Source: Octopus bimaculoides (taxonomy: Eukaryota). Taken from it: DNA of 64,000 bases. The stretch lies in NCBI RefSeq assembly GCF_001194135.2, contig NC_068983.1:49049002-49113001 (forward strand), in the 5' to 3' direction. Positions 1 to 12,893 of this stretch are shown in pieces. The notes below the pieces were generated by a model. The model was given only the letters and a program-made list of their open reading frames with translations, was not told the DNA's origin and ran no database searches. Numbering within the stretch: the stretch's first letter is position 1; every line of letters starts with the position of its first letter. A program made the translations under genes and the position numbers.

Positions 1-650
1 CCACAATAAATGAAGATGAAGTTACAGAGAAGCTGAAATGGGAAATGAAGAATGATACGAAGACGCAGTCCAACAAAGAAACCTACTCATAAAGTTGTAA
101 GTAGTTTATAGATGTTTAAGTGAAGAAGTTCTGAAATAGAATAGAGAGAGCAGGAGATAATATAGATAGAAAGACAGACAGACGGATGGAGACAAAGAAA
201 ATGAGATAGAGAGGAAGAGAAGAGGAAGAGGGCTGCAAGAATACATGTAAAAGAAAGAATGCTGAAAACAAGGAAATGAGCAGGCAAGATCAATTCATTA
301 AAAGGAGATGATACGAGGGATGTGTTACTAAATGAAGCGGTAAATTAACACACAGTTACTTTTTATTGGCATTATGCAATCATGCGCGAATGAGAACAAT
401 AGAGAGGTGGTTAGAAAGTGTATGAGAGAGACAGAGAGAAAGTGTAAGGGAGAGAGAGAGAGAGAGTGAGATGTGAAATGGAGCATGGTTAAAGAGGGAG
501 AAATGATGGAGAGATGGAGTAGATATTAAGATGTGGGGAATAGATATATAGAAAGGACGAAGGCGGGGATTGGAGGGTGAGAAAGAAAGGAATATTACCA
601 TAGATGAAAATAAATAAAAAGAACCAATGAGAATAATCAGAAAAGGAAGT
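1..650. repeat. Purine (GA)-rich low-complexity tract
   Basis: Degenerate GA/GAA/GGA runs, (GA)n at ~450-470; minus-strand ORFs are compositional (L/S/F/I-rich). Confidence 0.8.
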
Positions 651-967
651 TGTTGGTGTTAGTGTTAGTGTTAGTTTATTGGTAGTGTTGGTCGTGGTGG
701 TGGTCGGTGTTGGTGGTGGGTGTGTGTGTGATTGGAGTGAGAAATCAATACATCGATCGGAGCTTGGAGATAAATCTCTGAAAACACTAGACAATATTTA
801 TTATTGGAAGTATCTCAACATCAACATCACTGTCAATAACACCCCTAATAACAGCATTACCATCTTCGTCGCCATCATCTACACTAAATCAGTCACAACA
901 GGAGAAATATATGAACAGATATATATATATATATACACACGTACATACACACATGCATTTATATATA

Positions 968-1310
968 NNNNNNNNNNNNNNNNNNNNNNNNNNNNNNNNN
1001 NNNNNNNNNNNNNNNNNNNNNNNNNNNNNNNNNNNNNNNNNNNNNNNNNNNNNNNNNNNNNNNNNNNNNNNNNNNNNNNNNNNNNNNNNNNNNNNNNNNN
1101 NNNNNNNNNNNNNNNNNNNNNNNNNNNNNNNNNNNNNNNNNNNNNNNNNNNNNNNNNNNNNNNNNNNNNNNNNNNNNNNNNNNNNNNNNNNNNNNNNNNN
1201 NNNNNNNNNNNNNNNNNNNNNNNNNNNNNNNNNNNNNNNNNNNNNNNNNNNNNNNNNNNNNNNNNNNNNNNNNNNNNNNNNNNNNNNNNNNNNNNNNNNN
1301 NNNNNNNNNN
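968..1310. other. Assembly gap flanked by (TA)n. Other gaps: 2009-2360, 11618-11627, 38016-38774, 44833-44943, 46830-47804, 51722-51731, 55943-56492, 57483-57683, 58395-58823
   Basis: Runs of n; most abut (TA)n, (CA)n or (TG)n microsatellites. Confidence 0.99.
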
Positions 1311-1379
1311 ATATATATATATATATATACATATATACCCACATACAGATCATAAAATGTTATTAATTAGAAGAACAAT

Positions 1380-1662
1380 AATAATGGGTGATGATGGTGA
1401 TGACTATGATGATGATGACCATGATGAGGATAATGGTGATGATGATGATGATGACGATGATAGATAATGATGATGCTATAAATACTACAACCATTGCAAC
1501 AGTTACTACTACTACTACTGTTACTACTACTAGTAATTCAACTAATAACAAGAATAACTGTAATAAGGGTAATAACAACAACAACAGCAACAATAATGAA
1601 CATAATCATAATCATAAAATAATGATAACGAGGAAGCTGTCGAGGTGGACGATACTAAATAA

Positions 1663-1707
<45 letters not shown>

Positions 1708-1800
1708 AGTGGTGGTGGTGGTGGTGGTAGTGGTGGTGGTGGTGATGGTGACGACGACGGTGGAATTGTTGATGATTACCGTGATGATAGTGAGACAAAC
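1380..1800. repeat. Compound trinucleotide microsatellite (GAT)n/(ACT)n/(AAT)n/(GGT)n
   Basis: Direct inspection; produces poly-D/M/T/V pseudo-ORFs. Confidence 0.95.
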
Positions 1801-2361
1801 AGATTGCAATGCCAAATATACAGATAAAACGAATAGGGAAGCCAGAAAGAAAATATAATTATGGAGAGTGAAGCCGATAAATGCTCACAAATATTCGCGT
1901 GTTTTTTCTCCTCTGTACACATACCTACATACCCAAAACGCACATACATTCACATATATGTGGAGTGTGTTGGTGTGTATCTATATATATATATATATAT
2001 ATATATATNNNNNNNNNNNNNNNNNNNNNNNNNNNNNNNNNNNNNNNNNNNNNNNNNNNNNNNNNNNNNNNNNNNNNNNNNNNNNNNNNNNNNNNNNNNN
2101 NNNNNNNNNNNNNNNNNNNNNNNNNNNNNNNNNNNNNNNNNNNNNNNNNNNNNNNNNNNNNNNNNNNNNNNNNNNNNNNNNNNNNNNNNNNNNNNNNNNN
2201 NNNNNNNNNNNNNNNNNNNNNNNNNNNNNNNNNNNNNNNNNNNNNNNNNNNNNNNNNNNNNNNNNNNNNNNNNNNNNNNNNNNNNNNNNNNNNNNNNNNN
2301 NNNNNNNNNNNNNNNNNNNNNNNNNNNNNNNNNNNNNNNNNNNNNNNNNNNNNNNNNNNNN

Positions 2362-2395
<34 letters not shown>

Positions 2396-3094
2396 ACTAG
2401 CGCCCGCGCAAATGCGTGCACACTCACAAGCACATACACTCCGATATACATATACGTGCACACCCACACATATGTTTACACACACGTTGCAAATGTTAAA
2501 GCACTATCAAATGTAAGTTTGTCGCAGATAAGTGGTGTTGACTGAGGGACATATGATGTGAAACTTAATAGTCTGCAAACAATTTGTCATGTTGATAAAT
2601 ACACTTTTAGCGCACGTACATAGTTGTTTAAATACATGATGGAGAAAAGACAATTACACATTCCAATGATGAATCACGCATACATTCTTATATATAGTCA
2701 TGGTAGAAGAGTTACTGGATATGCTAGATGTCTGTTGCTGAAGGAGAATGATGCGCTTACCGTGTTTTCTCTAAAGTTTTAAAGTGTTAACATGAGAAAA
2801 AGTACTTTAGAAGACGTATCTCACAAGAGATTACGTGAATGTATGCAACATTTAGTAGATATCTGCGAATATTTGTGGAAAACCTTTGGTGAACAGCGTT
2901 TGTGAAAGAAATTGTACTGAAAATGTTTGTGGTCGTGATATATAAGATTTAGTGTGATTAATAATCTGATTAATAGGCTATTATTTTCTGCTAAATGTCT
3001 AATGACATTTTTGTCAAACCAACGAGGATGCCGGTTCGTGGTCGCTTGGCATGCTTGTAAGAGCATGTTATATTCTGCCTCTCACTACACTCTG

Positions 3095-3420
3095 ATCGTC
3101 ATTATAGGGACCGCCTTAAAACGTTGAAGCTTTATTCTCCTCAGCGCCGACGTGAGAGCTACATCATTTGCACAATGTAGAGAATATACCACCAGCTTTG
3201 TCCACAAGACCTTAACAGTGGATTCAGAATTCATTCAATGCTGGTTGATAACTTCCTCTATAGGCCCTGCTTTATTTAACATTATCGTAAAACAAGTTAA
3301 AAAAGAAAAGATCGCATTACCTTCAAATGAAATAGGGACACATGTCTTCAAGGGCTATCAGATAAGCTAACTATACCTGGATATATCTCTGTCAAAGTAA
3401 CTCCCTACTTGAATGGGCCA
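3095..3420 (+). mobile_element. CR1-clade LINE, degraded 3' end of ORF2
   Basis: Manual translation HYRDRLKTLKLYSPQRRRESYIICTM*RIYHQLCPQDL, then SIGPALFNII and PGYIS..SNSLLEWA, matching the invertebrate CR1 ORF2 C-terminus (LxLYSLQRRRERY ... GPALFN). Confidence 0.75.
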
Positions 3421-6142
3421 TGATGCCACAAGACTTGACTTTAAAATGAATTCACAAATCCTATCAGGTGGTGCTATCAAGTTAGACATGGCCTGTGCCA
3501 ATCTTTGGTCGTATGATATCTAAGTTACCGAAGTCATCTCTAAGTTATCTTCAAAACGAAAGGACAAATTTGGAAATGTGGTTTAGACGGATATTTCTGA
3601 ATGTAATAATATATGTTTACAAAGGACTGAAGTAACAACAGTAACGGCAACGACATCTAGTCCATATTTTTTGTTGTGTTTTATTTGTATTTTGTTTATT
3701 TTCTAATCTGTTTATATCACATTCTGAAGAATTTCATTTCTAGAAAGGAACTTCTCCCAAAACTACTTAGACCTATTCATTGCTCTAAAGACATAGTACG
3801 TATAACTACAACAAAATATTCAAAATTGCTATAAGACTATAATCGTAAAGCAGCTATAACATCACCGACGTACAATTGGGTAACTAAATATACTAAAGCT
3901 GACTTCCAATCAAAAGAATTCAAATTAATGCTGAAATTTTGTGTAAAGCAGATGTTGCCGATTTCTATACGTGTGAAGAATGCAAGATTCAATTTCTTCA
4001 CCACCACACGATTGAAAATATGAACAATTTCCGAAAAAAATTGGAAGAGCATTATTCTTAAGCCTACCACAACATGTCTTGCTGATACAAAGGAAAACTT
4101 ATTACATATAAATATATACGAACGAAGAAATGTAGAGCAAAGGATACAAACTCAGATTGAGCAAACTTACAATCATACATGGCGCCGAAACATACATCAC
4201 TCGAATGAGAAGGCTCGGCGGGGTTGAGGTGAGGTTTCCAATAAATTGAGAATAAAGAGACTTTTCTGTGTTTTCTATCTTTTATTGCTGTTTTCGTAAT
4301 GCTATTTTTTTAATATTAATGCTCACTTGTCTGTTTTTATTAAAATATTCTGTAAGACCTCACACTCTGTATCGTATTATGTTGTTTCTTTATTAAACAA
4401 GAAAAAAAAAATGTCTTTATCACTTTCTTCAAGAATGCTAATTTAGCAATATTTACTTGATACTAAGTACATTTAATGAGTAGCTGTGTATACTTTGCGA
4501 TAGCCCGTTGTTTATATCAGCCTATTTCCTATTCTTGAAAGCGATAGCTGTATCATAAGATATTAAGTTCTTACTTTTAAGGCATTTTATCTCCCAGATG
4601 AGCTCTTAGTCTTCTTGAGATTACAGATGTCAGGGCTTTATATAATCTCGTTACACCGGATTATTTGTATACCCTTTCTATGTGTTTTGTGTTGCTGAAT
4701 TAAGATAGTTTTCCACTCTGGCAGTCATTTATTCACTGATCCTGGTATTTTATTTCTTATTTAAATTCTGTTGTCATACATTCTAGCATGTTGGTTAGAT
4801 ATCCTAAGAAACAGCGATTGTGTCAATTCAGAGGGTTTTACATTTTGCAGCTGTCATCAACGTTTTGATAATTTCTTGATAGTTATAATGGTACGTCCTT
4901 CTGAATGTATCGTGTTTTACATTTCAAAGTTCTATAACATTTTGCCGTTCTCCCTTTCCATTTTCATCTCTAGCGCATCATTACAGGGGTATATATTTCC
5001 TTTCATACGATCTCCTAGTGTCAACAAATTCATATAGCTTTTGGTATATTATGAAATGTTATTTTAGAACATGAGTTTTCAGTAGAAACAACATTAATCA
5101 TTTGTCTCACAATACAAGTGTTATGAAAGAAGGACACATATTTTTACCAGGATCGGTTTTTTTAATATATCTATCACTAATAAGATCTCTATCCTTTTTT
5201 AAACATATTTCGTTTATCTATTTCCCTTGGTGTTGTTATTGTTACCTTTTACCCTTTCTTGATGTTACAATTCTGCCTATTTTATATTCTCACAAAACTG
5301 CTGACATGTTATCCTTGTTATTTATTTTCTATAATATATTTTCTTTTCATTCTAGTTTGTGTGGTTTAAGTCTATTCACCTTCACACCATAAACACTAAG
5401 TGCATAAGCTCATTTGGCATACTGTTGCACGGATCTGTTTCTATGTAAAATCATTATTTCTTGAGAGGTATTGAAACAATTTCCAGGTCTTACACACATG
5501 ATACCCAACTCCATTTCCACAACCCCCTATTCTTCTGTAATTATCCATGCGGTATGCATATATTTGTTTGTATTGTTCGATTATTTGCCGAAAAAGTGTG
5601 TTTATGTGTTGCTTGGGGAATTGTTTTCGTTGATTCCTATTAATTGATTTTCTTAGGATCAGATTTACTTCTATACATGTTGATTCAGTTAGATTTTCAT
5701 CATCGTTGACTCTCCTCATTTTATTGTGATGAGCGTTATTAGTCTCTTTCATGTTATGCATGTGGGAAAGAGTATATTTGGTTGGATGGATATCCGAATA
5801 GTTATTTCCGTAGGGTCTTTTGTGACCACCGTCATCGCTTTATTTGTCTTTTCACTGCGTCAGTATTGTTTAGATATGATGATTAGACATTTCATGTGTG
5901 ATCGTTTCTTTTGTAATATTCTCCTTGTAGGTGAAAGGTTGTTTTCTGTTTTTCCTATGCGTATGGCTTCTCTTGATTTATTTAGCTCGTTTTGCGGGGA
6001 TACATGCGTTACCTGTGGTTCATTTCTTTGAGCTAACATCATTTGTACGAGGTTATCTTATAACTATGCGTGACGTACATTCGAGTAGTTTTGGCAGACT
6101 TTGTATTCCATGTTTTAATTATGTTTGTTATGTTTTTTATTT

Positions 6143-6260
6143 GCCGGCGAGCTGTCAATCGTTAGCACATCGGAGAAATAGCTTAGTAGCATTTCTCGTT
6201 CTGAATTCAAATCCCACCGAGGTCAACTTTGAGTTGATAGCTTCGCGGTCGAAAACATAA
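6143..6260 (+). mobile_element. SINE family A, degraded 5' part
   Basis: GCCGGCGAGCTGTC-AATCGTTAGCAC...TTCTGAATTCAAATCCCACCGAGGTCAACTTTG matches the other family A copies in this window. Confidence 0.7.
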
Positions 6261-6467
6261 ATAACAATTAAGTATGGCTGTAGATGTAATCAACATGTCT
6301 GCACCCCTCAGAATTGCCGGCCTTCAATCCTGCAACGGTCCGGCTTTTCATTCAGGGTGAATATTAAGATTTTGTTTATTCGCTATACAAACCGGGTAAT
6401 CAGCTTTATAAGCCCCACTCTCAAAATGTTTTTTTTTAAATGTCTATTTGTATTGAATATTATACAT

Positions 6468-6865
6468 AAGGCGCAGGAGTGGCTGTGTGGTAAGAGCTAC
6501 CTTACCAACCACATGGTTCCGGGTTCAGTCCCACTGCGTACCACCTTGGGCAAGTGTCTTCTACTATAGCCTCGGGCCGACCAAAGCTTTGTGAGTGGAT
6601 TTGGTAGACGGAAACAGAAAGAAGCCCGTCGTATACATGTATATATATGTGTGTTTGTGTGTCTGTGTTTGTCCCCCTACCATCGCTTGACAACCGATAA
6701 TGGTGTGTTTACGTCCCCGTATCTTAGCAGTTCGGCATAAGATACCGATAGAATAAGTACTAGGCTTACAAAGAATAAGTCCTGAGGTCGATCTGATCGA
6801 CTAAAGGCGGTGTTCCAGCATGGCCGCAGTCAAATGACTGAAACAAGTAAAATAATAAAAGAGAG
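6468..6865 (+). mobile_element. SINE family B (tRNA-derived head), near full length
   Basis: A-box-like TGGCTGTGTGG and B-box-like GGTTCAGTCCC, internal (TA)/(TG) tract; homologous copies at 25440-25570, 50890-51170 and 58908-59205. Confidence 0.85.
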
Positions 6866-8529
6866 TAAGAGTATCAATATGCATTTACTAATCTACATTT
6901 GTGTAGTTGCTTATCGGTCATTTGAACGCCGATAATCTCTTCGTTACAACGTACATATTAAGGATGGTAGACTATGATTTGAAAGAGATATTTCTGCAGC
7001 TTCTAGCAGACAGTCATTTCCAGCTAGATGTTCTTACGATGATTCATAGTTGCTTATAGGTTTTGTATGGTAGTCTACCTATATTTCTGCTATAGCGATA
7101 GAGTATAATGGCTACAATGCGGCTGCGTAATAATCATAAAATATTTCTCTGTGTTGTTATTTGTTTCATTCTACATTTGTTTATCCAAAGTATTTTCATG
7201 TGATTAATCGTCTCCTACATCCTTTAGTACACTATTTCTGTATAGTGTTACACGTTAATTTGAAGGAAAGCGAACAATATGAAGCATGGATTTATATTAT
7301 ACTTTAGCAGCTAATAGAGTACTGCATTTCAAGTTTGCGTTACATGAGCTTCGGTAACGTAATCACCTTAAATTCACTACAAGTTCTTTATAATCCTATA
7401 CAAAATCCCTTGGTATGTTCTGATGTAATGCAATAAATTATGTTTCATTTATACAAGATAGTTTTATTTCTTTGTTTGTCACATATGTAAATGTTTCTTA
7501 GGGTTGCTATTGAAATAATGTGCGGCATCCCTGTTGTGGTGGTTTTTGTTGTTGACGATGCCATTATTATTAAAATTACTTCCAGCTCTTTCTTTCTTTG
7601 TTAAAACCGCAACCGAATCAATTTTGCCTTTCATTATTTTTTAGGATCGACAAAAAAAAAAATACGAGACAAATACTGGGGTCCAACCGTTAAATATTCT
7701 TGACCAAGTATTTGAAAAAGAACCAATTATTGCTATTAACGTGTTGATAGAGACGGTAGTGTCTAGAACAAAACTTTACCCATGGAACTTGATCCATCTT
7801 TATTTCACTTCCAAATATCTTCAGAAGCGACTTTGGATGAATACCTCTTGAAACGCAAAATGCATACCAGTAATAAAAGGGAAACATATCCTTGAAATGA
7901 GTTCTTCTTCTTCATCTTCTTCTTCTTCTTCTTCTTATTATTATTATTATTACTGTTGTTCTTATTTTTACTGCTACTATTATTGTTAACGTTCTTTTTA
8001 AAGAATCTCCAAGTTTCTATAACATTATTTTGACAGCTGGAAGTCTGTATATTAATAGCATATAGAATTGCGAATCTCTTTTCTTTTCTTCTTTTCTTTT
8101 TCTTTTTCAGCTTTCCTGGTTTCATGATCCTCAGCTTTGGAAAATATAATCTCTCCTTTGTTCAACTGAAAGAATCTTACAGAAGATAAGGAATACTTCA
8201 ATGGTTGTAGCTTAAAGACAGACTTAGTTTTGTTTAATATGCAAAGAAAATCGTTCTTTATCTTAAACTTTGTGATATTAGCCTATATTTCAAGAATGTT
8301 TCGTGCTACAAAGTTTTGAGAAGAAATGGAGAATTTTATTTCAGTCTGGACTCATATGTGGGGAGAAAAGGAACTCTCACAAGATATACGTCGAATTTTA
8401 TCACACAATGTTTGGTAAAATGGAACTATGTCAGAATTGCCAGATAACACTCATTCTCTTATCAAAAATATTATATTTTCAACTGTACAACTACAAGTAG
8501 ATAAAGCTATTGATAAACCTTCTCTAATA

Positions 8530-8665
8530 TAGGCACAAGGCCTTAAATTTTAGGAGAGGAGGCTAGTCGATTACATCAACTTCGAAATAATGAAAGGCAA
8601 ATTCGACATCGGCGGAACTTAGATTCAGAATGTAAAAACGGGTAAAATTAAGATATTGATAATAG
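8530..8665 (-). mobile_element. SINE family A fragment
   Basis: Reverse complement of the family A core (AATGAAAGGCAAATTCGACATCGGCGGAACTTAGATTCAGAATGTAAA) and of the AGGCACAAGGCC tail. Confidence 0.65.
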
Positions 8666-9086
8666 CATTTAGCTATTTGGTTAAAAACAAAGAAGCTTTT
8701 TGGATAGAAAAATCTAGAAGGCTACCCGTTGGACTCAGACCAACATATTCTGTGAACGATTGGGCCAAACCACGCCTTCGAATTTTTGGAATTTTAAAGG
8801 TTGTATTTTTATGAAGGAGAAAACTATGTCATTTAGATAGTAGGAATTTAGAAACTTCGAGAAAATGTAAAATAATTTGTTTTTAATTGTAGAACTCGAA
8901 GTAGATAAAACTATAAAACTTGCATGTAAATAACTGGTTATTTAAGACTTTCGGAGAATTGCATTTATCAAATAGTAGAACGTTTATAATGTTCACAGAA
9001 AATGTGGTTTCGAGATCAATGAGCAACTTTAATCTTTTTCTATCGAAAAGTGTGCTCAAACCAATATTTACATGATATAATTATTA

Positions 9087-9445
9087 GGGGTCGATCCGCC
9101 GAGGTCGACTTTGCCTTCCATCCTTTCAGGGTCAATAAATTATGTACCAGTGAAACACTGGGGTCGATGTAATCGACTAGTCTCCACCTCCTTAATTTCA
9201 GGCCTTTTTTGTTTTTGCAAAAAGGACTATTAGTCGTCGAGTTGGCAGAATCGATTGCATGCTGGGAAATGCTTAGCAGCATTTCGTTCGTCCTTGCTTT
9301 CTGAGTTCAAATTCTGCCGAAGTCGACTTTGCCATTCATCCTTTCCGGTTCGATGAAATAAGTACCGTTTACGCAATGGAGTCAATGTAATTGACTCGCT
9401 CCCTCCCACCAAATTTCAGGCTTGGTGCTTAAAGTAGAAAAGATC
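9087..9445 (+). mobile_element. Two adjacent family A SINEs (5'-truncated 9087-9215; near complete 9234-9445)
   Basis: Both contain the GAGGTCGACTTTGCC..TCATCCTTTC..GGTC.AT.AA.TAAGTACC core. Confidence 0.85.
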
Positions 9446-9545
9446 ATTATTTGTTTTATCTGCTTCGATTTCGACAATTAGAAGCGAATTATTTCCCGTT
9501 TTCTGGAAGCTTCTATATTCTTGTCGTCAAATATACGTTTGGAGT

Positions 9546-9592
9546 TTTCTTATGAAGTTTCTTATGAAGTTTCTTATGAAGTATTCTTATGA
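9546..9592. repeat. 12-bp tandem repeat (TTCTTATGAAGT) x~4
   Basis: Direct inspection. Confidence 0.85.
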
Positions 9593-9974
9593 TATTTGTA
9601 TTTATATTTTATTAAGTAAAGCCTTTAAAATACTATTTACAAACTGAAACCGAACCAAGACATAGGTACCACGTCATGTTAAAGTTTACTTAGATGATGG
9701 GATAATGGAAACTTGGTCTGAGACTAGATAATATGATAATTTGTTATTGACTTTTCCAAGCCTACAGAAAGGTTCACAAAACTGCTTTCTCATATGTTAA
9801 TTGTTCATTGCTTCTAGTGTTTATATATAGTAGTACAAAATGAGATGCGTACAAATGGCATATATTTTCGTAGCTGTTTTCACATTTATCAGTTGATTTG
9901 TAGCTCTGTTAATATAGTAGAGTTATTGATCAAACATGTCTCAGGTTTGACTATGACGCCTTTTATATTAGGTC

Positions 9975-10190
9975 CAGGACTAAGGCGGCAAGCATCCACA
10001 ATCCTTAGCGCGTCGGACAATATGCATAGTGGCATTTCTTCCTGTTGTTATTCTGCGTTCAGGTGCCGCTGGTGCCAATCTCATTTTCATTCTGTCAGGG
10101 TCGATGAAATAAAGTAATAGCAAGTAATGGGGTCAGTGTAATCGACTAATGCCGTTCTTTGTATTGCTGGCCTTGTGCCAAAATTTGAAA
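9975..10190 (+). mobile_element. SINE family A, highly degraded
   Basis: TAAGGCGG head remnant, GTCAGGGTCGATGAAATAAAGTA core, GGCCTTGTGCCAAAATTTGAAAC tail. Confidence 0.55.
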
Positions 10191-11574
10191 CAATTGTCTT
10201 TTTGTTTTTAAGGCGGAGGAGTGCGATGTGAGTGGGATGTAACTGTTATTTCTAGGGGGTCAATCGATTTCATATTGACAGGATGTATCTTTAAGTAAAA
10301 ATTAATTGTATTTGTTATAGAGAAGTACAACTATTGTTGGGTGAGGATAATCAATGACTATTCCCTCTAGTGACCAAAACCATATCTGTTTGTTCGGCTG
10401 GCTTTGACTTCGCCAGGGAAGTTCTTTTATTAAAGAGACAAAATAAATGACTGATGTATAAGATATTGCACAGTATGCTTCGATGTCATAAGTTTATATC
10501 TATTGCAGATTTTCTACTGAGTTCTTCTGAACCAGTTTATTCTCCTTTGTCTCAACTTACATAGATATTGTGAAAAGATACCACAGGATCCAACAATATT
10601 ACCCTCGATATACTTGCGTTATGTACACGCGAATGTGTAAGCAGAAAGTGTTCATGCTACGTGAAAATTGTGGAATCCATGAGGGAAACGGATGAGGTCC
10701 AGTTGAAGTTTATTGGGTCTCACAGAGAAGAAGATTCAACACTTAGTTTCTTGATGATTTACCATTATACCGAATTATAAGCTGAAAATGGCAATCGTGA
10801 TAATGAACTTGAAACTATGTATGGGACTAGGTCATCAAAAGAAAGCTCAGAAACATTTGTTAAATTATGAATCAGTAACTTTCTCAGTATTTCTGAGTGT
10901 ATTTCAGGAAATAGACTTGCGATTTTTGTTCAAATACTCATTCTTATGTCGACAGTAACCACAGAGCGTACTGCGGTTGGATGTAAATCCTCTTTGCACG
11001 AACTGATGTAATATAAACACATCTTCTGAATGAATACCTTTCTCTCTCTCATTCACACTTCATCTCTAAGTCTGTCTCTCGCACCCCCTCTTTTTCTCTT
11101 TCTAACGTTGGGAAATATGCTTTCGCATAAAAATCCGTTATTGTATTGTGACTGCAAGCAGAACAGCTAAATGTTTAATCAAAATTCTTGACACTTATAT
11201 GAAATACTTCTTTCTAAATTAGTGACAATTTCGGAAAGATTATGCATAATCAATTACCCTGACCGACATGAAGATAGCTTGTTTCATTTGTCAAACTCTT
11301 TGGGATGAAATACAGAGTCGATTGGAGTGAGAACAGAATATAACGGGAGGTAACTAAATAACTTAACATGTCTGCGATATGTCTTGCCGCGTATGACCAG
11401 CCTCCATCACAACATTTTAATTCTGAATTGATGCATCCCAGGTAATAACTTAATATGTTTATGAAGGAAATTTAGATGAGTGTTTGTATGTATAAAAGCA
11501 AAGGTGCATTTCATATATACTATACTCGCATGGCACATCTTAGGTTGTAACTACATTATGTGCCATGCATATAA

Positions 11575-11616
<42 letters not shown>

Positions 11617-11627
11617 ANNNNNNNNNN

Positions 11628-11671
<44 letters not shown>

Positions 11672-11814
11672 TCTTCCTTTTCCCTCATTTTGCGGGGGGC
11701 GGGGCTAATGATTCTTCCAGCTCACCTTTATGTGTAATATGGTATTAAAATATTCACCAGTAAACACATTGCAGATTCGAGCGACAAGAATTTTGATACC
11801 ATATTTCAAATAAA

Positions 11815-11980
11815 TGTGCCAGTGAAGTTGCCAGTTTTGTGCGTTTCGCCAGAAATTCCACCGAGATTGACTTTGCCTTTCATACTTTCGAGGTCAATAA
11901 ATTAAATACCAGTTGCGTACTAATCGACTCGCTCCTTCCGCCAAAATTTCGATCCTTGTGCCTAGAGTAGAAAAGAATTT
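11815..11980 (+). mobile_element. SINE family A, 5'-truncated
   Basis: AAATTCCACCGAGATTGACTTTGCCTTTCATACTTTCGAGGTCAATAAATTAAATACCAGTTGCG core plus CCTTGTGCCTAGAGTAGAAAAG tail. Confidence 0.8.
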
Positions 11981-12513
11981 ATACCTTCCACGCTACAATT
12001 GCTAATAAGTAAAGTTCTTACAACAACCATATATAATGCTGTTGGCAATTAATATATATTTTAGTGTATTTCAGAAATATTTTTTTATGATTCATTTCTA
12101 GTTGATACTTTGCAGCAAAGCAGGATTACTTAGCTCCTAGTTTATTTAACATGTAATGTCCCTATAAAATCTCTCTGTGTCAAACTATGGAGATTTCACT
12201 AAATGGATATACCGTTACATTAAGCCTAATTGTTTCTTTCTTTTTTTTTTTCGCTGAAAACCCTTATCCTACTGCAGAGACCTTAACTATGAGAAATGTT
12301 ATTAAAACATAATCCTTTCATTAAATACCAGAAGCTTATAAAAGAGTTAATTAATTCAAGCATTTCTTTAGCGTTGATTGGTCTAGATTAAAATTCTCCC
12401 CTGCATAATTTTAAAACTAGAACGACTGATAATACACTTCCATATTTAAGAGAGGAGGAATTATATACATTATTTATATTTGACGGATATTTTTACTCAT
12501 CTTGTTTGTTGTT

Positions 12514-12559
12514 GATACAACGTTTCGGCTGATATACCCTCCAGCCTTCATCAGGTGTC
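12514..12559 (-). ncRNA. Minimal type I hammerhead ribozyme motif (copy 1)
   Basis: Minus strand reads GACAC-CUGAUGA-A-GGCUG-GAGGGUAUAU-CAGCC-GAA-ACGU-U-GUAUC: intact core, 5-bp stem II (GGCUG/CAGCC), palindromic ACGU stem III, stem I GACAC/GUAUC with one mismatch. Activity untested. Confidence 0.7.
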
Positions 12560-12623
12560 TTGGGGAAATTTCGAACCTGAGTTCTCATTCCTAAGCTATT
12601 TTTCGATGTTGCTATTGTTGTTG

Positions 12624-12668
<45 letters not shown>

Positions 12669-12688
12669 TCACTACACCATATGCCCAC

Positions 12689-12760
12689 GGGCATAAAGCG
12701 TAGTGGTTAAGAGCGCGGGCTGCTAACCCCAAGATTCCGAGTTCGATTCCAGGCAGTGAC
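12689..12760 (+). mobile_element. tRNA-derived SINE-like head (A and B boxes, Ser-GCU-like loop); not a functional tRNA gene
   Basis: GCGTAGTGGTTAAG (A-box region), GGG-CTGCTAA-CCC anticodon-like arm, GAGTTCGATTCC B box; no proper acceptor stem. Confidence 0.7.
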
Positions 12761-12847
12761 CTGAATAATAATAATCATAATAATAACAATAACAACAACA
12801 TCGAAAAGTACCTTTGGAATGAATCCCCAATTCCGAAATTTCCCAAA

Positions 12848-12893
12848 GACAACTGATGAAGGCTGGAGGGCATATCAACCGAAACGTTGTGTA
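12848..12893 (+). ncRNA. Minimal type I hammerhead ribozyme motif (copy 2, more decayed)
   Basis: GACAA-CUGAUGA-A-GGCUG-GAGGGCAUAU-CAACC-GAA-ACGU-U-GUGUA: core intact, with a C.A mismatch in stem II and a mismatch at the base of stem I. Confidence 0.6.

Noticed and set aside
679-2545. Long ORFs (up to 479 aa elsewhere) crossing N-gaps and dinucleotide or trinucleotide repeats
   Set aside because: They are artefacts of X runs and of YI, CV, HT, poly-D and poly-N translation; the same holds at 29.4-29.9, 37.9-39.3, 44.8-45.0, 46.6-48.1 and 55.9-58.9 kb.
3903-4062. Frame containing YTCEECKIQFLHHHTIENM, resembling a C2H2 finger
   Set aside because: The His ligands are absent at the required positions, the frame is bounded by stops, and there is no usable splice site.
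7645-7850. Stop-free frame after an acceptor (DRQKKKYETNTGVQPLNILDQVFEKEPIIAINVLIET...)
   Set aside because: Only a weak donor (GTAGTG), it depends on an A11 run, and it has no recognisable homology.
8111-8500. Strong polypyrimidine acceptor and an apparent signal peptide (MQRKSFFILNFVILAY)
   Set aside because: The ATG frame stops after 26 codons, and all three frames after the acceptor close without a good donor.
10565-10636. 72-nt AG..GTAAGC exon-like segment (a typical LRR exon size)
   Set aside because: Neither open frame has the LxxLxLxxN pattern; there is no other support.
12689-12760. Possible tRNA-Ser(GCU) gene
   Set aside because: It lacks an acceptor stem and the long variable arm, and it is embedded in a repeat, so I treat it as a SINE head.
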